From the NCBI RefSeq assembly GCF_902459465.1, contig NC_047072.1, positions 15,438,001 through 15,502,000 of the forward strand: a DNA stretch of 64,000 nt, in the 5' to 3' direction. Source of the stretch: Asterias rubens. Its lineage: Eukaryota. Both the position numbers and the translations under genes were made by a program. This document shows, piece after piece, positions 35,711-46,800 of this stretch (position 1 is its first letter; the number at the start of each line of letters is the position of its first letter). Below the pieces are notes generated by a model. That model searched no databases. It was not told the origin of the DNA and saw nothing but the letters and a program-made list of their open reading frames with translations.

Positions 35711-35736
35711 TACCAATGACTGTCCCACCATCCCTA

Positions 35737-38700
35737 CACTGTTAAAAGAGCTGGGCAAAATATCGCTGGGTAAACGCCATTTGTGATTTGTTGGTAAATT
35801 TTTGTTCAACTATTGAGTAAACTTAAGGGTTGGTTAAGATAAAAAAGTTACCAACGTTGAGTATAGTTTAAACAACAATTGTTGGATAAACATTGTCCAA
35901 TTAATTGGTATTGTTTATTAGATTTATCCAACCACGAATTGCTGGGTAGAAATTGGAGAAACACTCCCGGCAGATGGGCATTGTGGCGTGAAAGGGTGTG
36001 ACGTTAACCATTTTGTTGTGAACCTTGTTATCGTGCGCACACGCGCTCATTACCAAGTCATGAAAGTTATAATGCGACGTCGATGATGGCTGACCACCAA
36101 GTGTTGAGATTACTGGAGGAGTGTGGCGTTAGCTCCCTAACGGACGTTTTCTGAGGTGAGAGTTGATAAATGTATCTCTAAAGTTTATAAGTACATGTTC
36201 TTATTATGATTTAGATCAAGAACGTGTGGGCCTGTCTGAAAACTCGGCTTGAGCTATGAATGCATGGCCTACCGCACGTTATTGCAGTTTCAGGGACATC
36301 GTCGACACACAACACACACACGACGCCACACGCACAGCCATGCCTAGCCCTTGTGTAGTAGTAGTAGTAGCCTATATAACGTCCAAATAGTATCCTTAGT
36401 TAACCCCCTTATCATTAACTTTGATTGATAATATCCCTTGATATAAAACATGTAGATGAACTTGGGTGAACATGTAATGTATAGCAATTAAAACAGCATG
36501 GGTTTGGTAGGCCTCTTCTTCCCAAGGAATGGGAAAACTGTTTTAATTATCTCCAAAGACTTGGTATTTTCTCCTTAGAAAATGGGTAATCGGTTCTGTT
36601 CTTCCAAAACGTTGAGTACATGCTATTATCTTGCCCAACTGTTTGCTTACTGATCTAAAAAAGTTGGGTTACATGTTCCTGATCTCCCCAAGGGTTGGGT
36701 ACATGTGCACCGCCAACTATATTCTCCCTAAATAGTGGGCGCATGTGCTCCTATACCAAGCAGTGGGGGTACGTGACACTGTTTGACCTGGGACCGGGGT
36801 ATGTCCCTATTTTTCCCTGATGCTGACAATTTGGAAACAAAATGACCACTTCTTGATAAAAAGGGAACACAAAAATCGAAGCAAAAAAAAAAGGACCCTT
36901 AAATTTACCATAATGACACTAGTTTTAAGAGTATTGGAAGCAGTGCATAGTTACACACAGCTACTTTTAAGATAGGATAGCTATGCCCATGCGTAACAGC
37001 TTTGCAATTAAATTTATTTTTGTTTACAACTCATATACAGATAATGAGATCGACATGCAGGCAATGAAGGTGCTGACCGAGGCAGATAATTTGCAACTTA
37101 TTCCCAAAATCATCCATCGACACTCAACGGGTAAGTGATGAATTTCTCTGAAAACAAGCAGCCTTGCTTTGGTCTTCTATGTAACTGTTATCTGAATTTG
37201 TTTTATTTAAATGACTCCAGTATGTTTTGAAAACCCAATTTCATGAATCATTTGTTTTCAGAAATAATTACAATTCTTACAAACCCAACACAAAATAATA
37301 GTAACACACATGCCTACTAGTAAATTACTGTTACTCTTCTCAGTATACGGATCTGTCCTTATGTTCGTGCGTGGTTGTCTTCAGATTGTGCCGTCACCTT
37401 GTAAACCCTAACAAGGCGCTTTAAACAGCTCTCATAACTCAAAAAAATAACTCTGTATATCCTCTTGTTAAATAAAATACTAATGATCACTTTACTTGAC
37501 ATTTGAATGTTATATTAGGCGCTATATCTTAAGAACTGAGTATTAGGATATTAACAAGTTTTATTTATTATTCTTGTTATGCCACAGGATATAATCAAGC
37601 CACAATAACTGAAGGATAGACACAAAGCTTCATCCCCAGCCCTTTGTGCTATCATTAGGCAGCGCTGATCTGGAGTCAAGAAATGCTTTTCCACAACCAT
37701 CAGTCATGAAAGCAGTAGATGTGTACTACAAGGCACACTATGTGCTGGACTGCAAATACCAAGTTCAGTGCCAGGGGTATGGACTTTTTTTGAAACGTGT
37801 GTGTTCACCCAGCAAGGTGTGCAATCGAGAGAAACCACCACACTGAGAGGTGTAATGGCTTATCTTGCACATTAAAACGTGCTGTAAGTCACTGCAGTAA
37901 TGCTGCACCCATCTAAAAGTATAAAAGGCTACCTAACAAGTTATAATTATTGTAGTCGGTGTGTGAGAGAATCACATTATAAAACTTTGTTTTAAAAAAA
38001 TATGTTGTTGTTGATCCTTAGGCAGTCTTATTATAGTTGGTGTGTAATAGTAGCAGATTCTTAACTTTGGTATGAAACAATATTATGAGTAAATATATTA
38101 CATTTTGAAAGTGTACATCCCAGTAACGTCCGACCTGTCTGACTTGTCATGCAAGTGTCATCAAATTGAAGTACTTTGCTTTACACAATAACTCTCATTG
38201 TTTTAAAAGTCACTGCAGCAATGTCTGCTGAACCCATTTACAAGTATATAAGGCTACCTAACAAGTTGATCATTACGCAGTCATATTGTAGTCGGAGAGT
38301 AAAAGTAGCAGATTCAAAAAAATTGTTTTAGTTTGAAACAAACAGGCTTTTTCCGTTGATTTTTTTTCTGGGGGATGGGGCGTTTAAGTCAGCAGCTTTA
38401 ACGGTTTTATGAGTAAAATAGCCTATGTTTGTATTTATTTGTGCAAAAACGTTGTTTCATTGCTTGTTTGATGTTCACAAATAAAAAAGGAAAAGCAAAG
38501 AAGTACTTTCTGAAGTCTTTCATTAATGTTTGTGCTAATTACTCAACTGTTGGATGAATAACTTGGTTCAATCTAGTCTCAACAACTGAGCTTTAGTAAT
38601 GGATTTGTGCCCAACAATTTACAAAAACCAACGGAAATTTACCAACAAGTGGTCATTATCTGGATACACGGTTGCCCATCTATTGCATAGTCATATTCCA

Positions 38701-39006
38701 ACTACTAAGCAGTTATTCTAAAAGGTTGACCAATATATGAGCAAACATGGTTATACAACGTTTGTGTAACTGTTACTACCCAAGTATTGGGAGACTTATT
38801 ATTACCAACCCTTGGACATATAAAACAAACCAAAGGTTGGGCAGAAGTAAATTCCCAACTTATGTGTAGGTCGTTTGCTCAATCATTAAGCAATGACATT
38901 GACCAACGACCGTTGGGCTATAATTGCCCAATAGATGTTGAAGCTGACTATTGTACCAACGTTGGGCAATAAGTTGGGCAATTTTTTGCCCAAATTTCTA
39001 ACAGTG
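35737..39006 (+). mobile_element. CACTA/EnSpm (CMC)-type non-autonomous DNA transposon, 3270 bp
   Basis: Termini CACTGTTAAAAGAGCTGGGCAAAA and TTTTGCCCAAATTTCTAACAGTG, TA on both sides, ccaac/gttgg-rich subterminal regions. The reconstructed empty site ccatccctacca matches the paralogous sequence at 39469-39480. Confidence 0.8.
36083..37830 (+). pseudogene. Decayed intron-containing SAM-domain gene inside the CACTA element
   Basis: Exons 36083-36155 and 37041-37130 splice in phase to MMADHQVLRLLEECGVSSLTDVF*DNEIDMQAMKVLTEADNLQLIPKIIHRH, a SAM-like sequence with an internal TGA. The third exon from 37588 is frameshifted/stopped and contains QPFVLSLG...AVDVYYKAHYVLDCKY. Confidence 0.6.
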
Positions 39007-39017
39007 TACCAAATATT

Positions 39018-39165
39018 GGGTGCGTTCGTTTAGTTTCCCTTGGTCGACCCCGGTGTGTGGCTTTTTTCGCAGGACGAGTGTGCGCAGATAGTTACCCACG
39101 TTCGTCTGGAGAAAAAAAAACGCCACACACCAGGGTCGACCCAGGGAAGGTAAATGAACGCACCC
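39018..39165. mobile_element. Foldback MITE (gggtgcgttc...gaacgcaccc)
   Basis: TIRs with gtcgaccc cores; related copy at ~51730-51875. Confidence 0.75.
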
Positions 39166-39173
39166 GAAATATT

Positions 39174-39309
39174 GGAAAAGTTTCCGTATGGCGCCACCAC
39201 TTTTTCATTCGATATGAAATAATAAAGTATCTTATTTGCCTCAATCAATGAGATATCCCGTTTTGTAAAAAATTGTAAAAAAGCGGTGGCGCCATACGGA
39301 AAGCTATCC
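39174..39309. mobile_element. Foldback MITE family A
   Basis: Same TIRs as 22707-22838. Confidence 0.8.
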
Positions 39310-40017
39310 AAAATATTATAAAATAAATTTGGTCTATCCCCACTACAGTTGGGACAATTTACAATCATTACTCTAGTAGTTGGGACTGGGGGTCCCAACC
39401 AGAGTAATGACTGTCCCAACTCCGAACTGTACCAATGACCATGATGACTGTCCCAACTACAGTTGAGACCATCCCTACCACTACCAGATGAAAATGTTAA
39501 GACGACCCAATTATTGTCCCAACTATAGTTGGGATGCCCCAACTTTAACACTCAAGTTGGGACCAGTCCCAACTATAGTTGGGGACGATTATCAAGTTGG
39601 GACGGAACAACACTCACTAGTCTTACCTTCTTGAAATCATCTTAAGGTTAGTTGAATGATGCATTCTTGTTGGTCCCCTACCCACGATAAAACACCATTT
39701 CTGATGTTTATGAGCAACAGAGATACCGTGTTTGCAAACTCGTTTTAGCATCTTGAATAAGACCAAAGAATTAAGTCATTTTTCATCAAATTGTAACCCC
39801 CAAATCGCGGCACTTGACATAGGCATGGTTCATTGTTACGTGTGTACAATCGGTAGTAGTTACAAGACGGTCTCCACTGTCTCAACCACGCAACTGCTTT
39901 TAGTCTGGTGCGGATTGTACGTGTACAGAGCCCTCTAGAGGGCAAGAATAGTTATTAACGTTGAAATTAATGTCGTCTGCTAGCATTCAGTAGCACACTA
40001 AGTGTCAAGGGAACTAT

Positions 40018-40337
40018 TAGTCTTGGTTCAGGACTCTCCTGGATTTGTAACAAGAAAGCGCGCTATCACCCCCAACGCGCTATCAACCACGAACCGCTAT
40101 CACAGGAGAGTCTTGGAACATTCGTTAAATCTCCCCCCAAAATCGGGGGGAAACATAATGCGCGTGCGTAGGTTTCCCGCAGAGCCCGCCCCTTTTTTTG
40201 GGGGGAGATTTAACGAATGTGCCAAGACTCTCCTGTAATAGCGGTTCTTGGGTGATAGCGGTTCGTGGTTGATAGCGCGTTGGGGGTGATAGCGCGCCCA
40301 GTTGTGACAAATCCAGGAGAGTCTTGAACCAAGACTA
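40018..40337. mobile_element. 320-bp foldback MITE with perfect 9-bp TSD
   Basis: gggaactat|tagtcttggttc...gaaccaagacta|gggaactat. The paralogous empty site at 52005-52013 has a single gggtactac. Confidence 0.92.
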
Positions 40338-41288
40338 GGGAACTATCAGAAAACTTGTTAATAAGTGTTTGTAATTTTTCTTTCAGATGTCGGAATCTTT
40401 CCGAAAGATTAACACTTCATGCCATACTAGTACAGAGAGGTGACTAAAGGTAAGGAGACATGATTATTATAACAACTCGACTTCAAATAACCTTTTTTGT
40501 TTCTTTTATTTTTCTCAACAAAAATTATAACAAAAGTCCAAAACAGAATGTGTACGTATTTCATTGTTTTCATTGACAGCAAACAACAAAACAATAAGAC
40601 TCAGGGTAAAAACACCCATATGTTTGCTGACTGCAGATATTATATAATGATAATTTGTAGATGATTTTTCATCACAGTGTGGACCTTGTCAAAATACAAA
40701 TTATGATAGTGTACAATAAGCAGTACTCAATTGGAACTCTGTCATATAATATCATTAAATGAAACACATACCGTTTAATTAAAGTCACTTCTCGTGTAGG
40801 ACCTCGCATTTGCAAAACTTAAACAAAGAAACCAAATACTGTTCATAAAGTCGGTGGTTTTGAAATAGGCCTAATTGCTATTGATTTGAAGATCTTTATT
40901 TTAGCCTTGTTGTCCACTCATCTTATATACCACCCTCTATTGACAAGTTACAGTGTATAATATAACTCATGTACTGAAGCATTACTTGGACTGAACATGA
41001 CCCAAAGAGTTCTTAGGCAAGTCAGGCTGTCATTGCCTCTTTCCTTTGAGTCTCAATCTAATGAACCCATAACAAGCCTCATTGTACTGTGGCTATATTG
41101 ACATGCAGGGCAGGAAGGAAGACCAGTCAACCAAAAGGCAACTGTTTTGGCTGTTTTTATACCCCCCCAACTCAATCTGGTTTAGCTCACATTTCAATGT
41201 TTTGATATGAGACCTTATTGTAAATAAACCTCTGAAAGAAGAAATATATGTGTCAGAGTAGACATTTTTATAGTACTCGTTGAATCCT

Positions 41289-41688
41289 TTAAAGGCAGTG
41301 GACACTATTGGTAATTACTCAAAATAATTATCATCATAAAACCTTTCTTGATTACGAGTAATGGGGACGAGTAATGGGGAGAGGTTGATAGTATAAAACA
41401 TTGTGAGAAACACGTCCCTCTGAAGTGACGTAGTTTTCGAGAAAGAAGTCATTTTCCACGAATTTGATTTCGAGACCTCAAGTTTAGAACTTGAGGTCTC
41501 GAAATCAACCATCTAAAACGCACACAACTTCGTGTGACAAGGGTGTTTTTTCTTTCATTATTATCTCGCAACTTCTACGACCGATTGAGCTCAAATTTTC
41601 ACATGTTTGTTTTTTCATGCATATGTTGAGATACACCAAGTGAGAAGACTGGTGTATGACAATTACCAATAGTGTCCACTGTCTTTAA
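41289..41688. mobile_element. TTAA-flanked MITE (Kolobok-like)
   Basis: TTAA|AGGCAGTGGACACTATTGGTAATT...AATTACCAATAGTGTCCACTGTCT|TTAA. Absent at the paralogous site ~52791-52806 (gaatcttttgactggat). Confidence 0.88.
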
Positions 41689-42401
41689 CTGGACAAAGTT
41701 TATTGGCAACAATTATGTAGTCTTCAATGCAATTGGAGGATACTCGTTTAATGCCCTTAATTTGGTTGTATTGTACATAAATAACAACTGATCGATGTAC
41801 TTCTAGATACAGTCTGCGTATAAGGGTTAGGGTAATTTTATAACTATAAGATAAACCATCTATGTACAGGTGCCAATTATCATCTCAATCAGCCCCCTCC
41901 TTCATTTAATCTTCTCTTATCATAATCATTGCCCCAATCCAATCATAACCCCATCCATCCTCCTTCATCCAATCTTATCTAATCTAATCATTATCATCAT
42001 CCCAATCCCAATCATAACCCCCCCCATACCTACCCTCTCCCCCCTCCCCCATCCTTCCCACCTTCCCCATCATCATCATCATCCTCATCATCATCATTAT
42101 TATTTTCATCCTGTGTTGTATTGGATGTCTTTTTCTTGATTGTAGAGTCCCCATGTCCTAGGAGAAAAGAATAAGAAATGAATCTGTGACAGAAATGATG
42201 GATAAGTATTAAAAACTCACTGTTTAAATGAAACGAATGAAGTTAAGTTTGTTTGTGTTTTTTGTTTTCATTTTTCTACTGAGGTAAGGTAGGCTACAAT
42301 AGCCATGACTTAATGTTTTTTAAATAATTTTGTTTTCATGAGAATATGAATACAGTTGGTTTGTCACATGGCTGTTTTTCGCAGTGAATGTTTTGCATAG
42401 T

Positions 42402-43229
42402 TCAAATGTTGGAAATTATTTGTTGCGGATTTGGGACATCATAATTCGTATCATGCTCATTCACATGAAGTATGAACCAGGCTTTAATGTGGATGGATTC
42501 GACAGACAATAACCAATCTATGACCCTACCTCTAAAGTAATTCTGAAAGAAACCTGCTACACCAGAAACAGCAGCCCCAGCTGCTGCACCAGCACCACCA
42601 ACTGCAGCAGTACCTGCAGCTCCTAACCCTGCAGCTCCAACTGACTGCAGAACAGCCACTGTACTTCCTGCTGCAATAGTGCCACCATTTGCAATTGCTG
42701 CAGAAGACATCATGCATGCTGCAATGGATCCTGCTGCTATTCCACCTGATGTAAATCCTACAGCAGTGAGTACAAATGGAGTTGCAGCAGCAGCAGTTAC
42801 TCCGACAACACACCCTGCTACAACATGTCGCACATAGTAGCCTAAAGTATAAAAATAATACAACCATGACAACCATGTAGAATTATAGGCATCACATGTT
42901 AAACCAGCCACAGAGCCTGGACTTACCGTACAGTGCAGGCACAAGTTGTACACAACTCAGGGAGTGGGAGTGGCAGCAGAGCAGACCTACCAGGTAAATT
43001 TTCATTGTTTACGCATAGATTTAGTCTGCTGCCACCTCGCGTACCAAAAGCCCAGCAGCCCGTCAATATAGCTGGGCTGCCGGGCTTTTGGGACGCTAGG
43101 TGGCAGCAGACTTACCAGGTAAATCTATGCGTAAACGATAAAAATTTACCTGGTAGAGCTGCTCTGCTGCCACTCCCTGAGTTGGGTACAAATTGAAAAA
43201 AACAATAAAAAAATCTTATGTTCAATCAT
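42402..43229 (-). CDS. IFI27: ISG12 (IFI6/IFI27-family) protein, copy 3; exon 1 interrupted by a MITE (possible pseudogene)
   Basis: Exon 42841-42402 has the full ISG12 motif ([44 protein letters not shown]). An 85-nt GT-AG intron spans 42926-42842. Exon 1 (43229-42927) is split by a 254-bp MITE. Confidence 0.82.
42942..43195. mobile_element. 254-bp foldback MITE
   Basis: TIR caa(g/t)ttgtac(a/c)caactcagggagtg...gcagcagagcag...taccaggtaaatttt, with nested internal hairpins. A rearranged copy sits at the same site in ISG12 copy 4 (~54303-54470). Confidence 0.85.
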
Positions 43230-43821
43230 GGAAAGTGCGCAGTTTGATTTTTAGCAAATTTAATATGAAGAAAGGGGCATTACATTACTAATCGCTTTTG
43301 AATTGAAGATGAAATTTAAAAGAATTCATATAATAATAATGATCAGTGTACAGGGTGTAGTACTAGTACTACTACTCTATGAGTTTCGTTCTGCTTTCAA
43401 AGCCGTCGGGGGAGGGTTATGTTATCGCAACTATCACAGTTCACGTCTTAACTTCAGTTCGGACAAAAACATTCCAGGGATATACCGTACTTGAAACAGT
43501 TTGATCCTCAGTACATTAGAGAAAAAACAGGTTTCATGCAGATTCTGGCATAACAATAACATTCATTGGTTATGACAATGAAATTTGTCCAATGATATAT
43601 TAACAGGATAAAAGCTTACCTCTTTTACGTTCTTCCGGTAACTGAGCCCCAGGTTCTTCCGGTAACTGACCCGAAAACTCCTTAGCAAACTGCTTGGCAA
43701 GGTTTATCGACTTTAAACTGGTGTCTCTTTGACCCATGATAAAACACCATTTCTGATGTTTATGAGCCACAGAGATACCGTGTTTGCATACTCGTTTTAG
43801 CATCTTGAATAACGACAAAAT

Positions 43822-46800
43822 AAACTAGACATAGTGTTTTTTGTTAATTACAAAAACACGGTGTTCGGTTGGACTTTACGTGATGACGTAGTTCAAAAAC
43901 ATTGAACCATAAAGATGTTTTTTATACAATGTGTCGTTATTTTATAGTTAAACTTGTATCACACTTTTGAACGCCTTGTTTCTTCAAAAATGCAATATAT
44001 TTGTGTGAGATTGGCATCAGTTTTTTGTCTGAACTTATGAAAGCCCTTTAAAAATCTAGCTCACCCCTGCACTTGATGCTGTACACAGATTTGATAATCA
44101 ACAGCGCCCTCTTTGGTGGGCAAAAAGAGAGCGCTGTTGGGAATTCACCAAAAAACTTTCGCGCCATATGATTTTTACACATTTTATTGTTATTCAATAC
44201 CTGATGACGTCATTATGACGTAATTAGGCCTGTGTTGTCTTAAAAATACTAAGGTTCAACTATCTATTGAGTTTCAAGGTTCAAATCGATCTCAATCTTG
44301 AGTTATGCCGTAGATAAGCTCAAAAGTTGTTTTTTTATGAAAAAAACACGAAGGCCAACTTTGACCCAGGGTAACGACCCGGAAGTTAAGGTGGTACGAT
44401 TTTAGCGTTAACTTTTCAAATGTTGTCCAAGTCTTTATCTATCCGATGCCCAAATATGAACATCATAGCTTTTATATTCGTTGAGATACAGCAATAAGCA
44501 AATGGTCATTTTTTAACATTAAAAACCCTGTCATGACGTCATCAATGACGTCATCATTCTAAAAAAGTGGCGGTTTCATCAACTCACTGGTGCCTATGTA
44601 CATAGTAAGTTTTAAGTTTATACAAGCTTAACTTTTGTTTAAAAGCTCAAAAGTAGTTTTTTTATGAAAAAACACGAGTCGAAAAACACAAAGGCGAACT
44701 TTGACCCAGAGTAACGACCCGGAAGTTAAGGTCGTACGATTTTGGCGTTAACTTTTTAAATGTTGTCCAAGTCTTTATCTATCCGATGCTAAAATATGAA
44801 CATCATAGCTTTAATATTCGTTGAGATACAGCAACAAGCAAATTGTAATTTTTCAACATTAAAAACCTTGCCATGACGTCATCAATGACGTCATCAATCC
44901 AAAAAAGTGGCAGTTTCATCTACGCACTAGTGCCTATTTACAAAGTAAGTTTTAAGTTTGTACATGCTTTACTTTTGCTTTAAAGCTCAAAAGTTGTTTT
45001 TTGATGAAAAAATGCGAAGGTGAACTTTGACCCAGGGTAACGACCGGAAGTTAAGGTCATACGATTTTGGCGTTAACTTTTCAAATGTTGTCCAAGTCTT
45101 TATCTATCTGATGCCCAAGTATGAACATCATAGCATTCTTATTCGTTGAGATACAGCGAAAAGCAAATGTCGTTTTTGAACTTTAAAAACCTTGCCATGA
45201 CGTCATCAATGACGTCATCATTCCCAAAAAGTGGCGGTTTCGTCTACTCACTATTGCCTATGTACATAGTAAGTTTTAAGTTTGTACAAGCTTTACTTTT
45301 GTTTAAAATTGCTGGAGAAGGTTCGCAGGGAAAGAAGAACGCGAGGAAAACTAGACATAAGAATTTGTTTGATAACAAATTCGAGGTGTTCGGATTTCTG
45401 GCCTGAATTAACGAGCCATCACTTTTTAAGTTTAGTTGACTGGGGAGATAGTGAGCTATGCTGTGTGTTAAATACCCAACTTGAGTTCAGTTTAGGTAAA
45501 CATTTTGGAATTTTTACTCAAGTTCTACTGTCTGAATGATCCAAATGGTGATTAAAATCACACACATTGGTTGTTGTGCTCTTGGACGTAAAACTGAATA
45601 GATGGGAACGATTAACACATCTGACTCAAATTCTAGTCCCTGACTCACAATGTTAGTTCAAATGTTACTACTCATGGCTTTCCTGGCAGATCTGCTCATG
45701 AGCAAATCAACCCGATTGGTGAATACATGTACAGTCAGCACATCTTTAACCAATTTATTTTTACCCGAGTCAGAGTGTGTGTTTGACAATTATTAAAATG
45801 TGCAACTATGACACATGTACTTCACTGAATGATTAAAATTACAATGCTAGGATGTACTCTTTGAAAGGTTCAGTACACGTAAACTGGCCATCTATGATTA
45901 CAGTCTTTACAACATTTTATAAATGATTACTGTTTCCATTAATCAGAAATAGTGACAATACTATAACTTTTTTATTACAATGGCATCTGGATTGGTCCAC
46001 TTGATGATGATGGTGATGTTTATAAATTGTGATGAACTTAGATTCCTGCACTCGTGGCAAGACAGGGCCAACTGGTTTATCACATCGAACTCAAGTTCTG
46101 ATGTCTAGTCATTGGGGTGTAGATTCGATTCTTGGTCATGACACTTGGTGTCCTTGAGCAAAGGTACTTAACCATATTGCTTCGTAAAAGTCAGGGAGAT
46201 AGTGCTATAGAAAATAGTGATAAAAGAACCCAAACCTACATCCTTATGGACTGTAAAAGGGTAACCCTGTTTCAACCCCAGGAATAAGTGGCAACGGCCC
46301 CTGGAAAACAGTTGATTTGTAGCTCACATATTAAAGCGGCTTTCAGGCTTTGTGTCTCTGGCAACTTCAAAAAAAAAAATCATCAGCATCACTGTCCATA
46401 CTATCAGCACTTTAGACTCAAGTTCTGGTAGGGGAATCATCAGAATGTGGATTACAATTTTACTATTCAGGAGAGATGGTACACGTGTACACAAAGTAGT
46501 TTTCTTGATTGTCACCTTGCAACATCTCTCCTTAAAATGTAGATGATTTCATACATGACAAAAATAAATGTACTTAGTACATTATCCCTTTCTGTCAGCA
46601 ATAGTATTGCTGAAAGAAAAGGATAATAAAAATATGAGATCTCGGAACCTCTTATGTTATACAATGAATTAGCTTTGTTTAATCAAAGATTCTTCAGATA
46701 AATACACTTATTTTATGATAAAGTGTTCTGTTTATAATGCCTCTGCACCAAGACAATTCTTTTAATACAAAACAAAATCAAACTTCTATGTTTGTAATAC

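Noticed and set aside
41870-42139. His/Pro/Ile-rich ORF, and the Asp/Gly-rich ORF at 53041..53433
   Set aside because: Degenerate (CAT)n/(CCCAT) low-complexity DNA present in both duplication units.
42532-42876. Cys/Trp-rich ORFs overlapping ISG12 copies 1, 3 and 4 (21332..21619, 42532..42876, 53899..54249), toxin- or metallothionein-like
   Set aside because: Shadow frame of Ala/Gly-rich codons: T|GC gives Cys, T|GG gives Trp, and stops are rare. No independent start or conservation evidence; proteomics or synonymous-site constraint would be needed to revive it.
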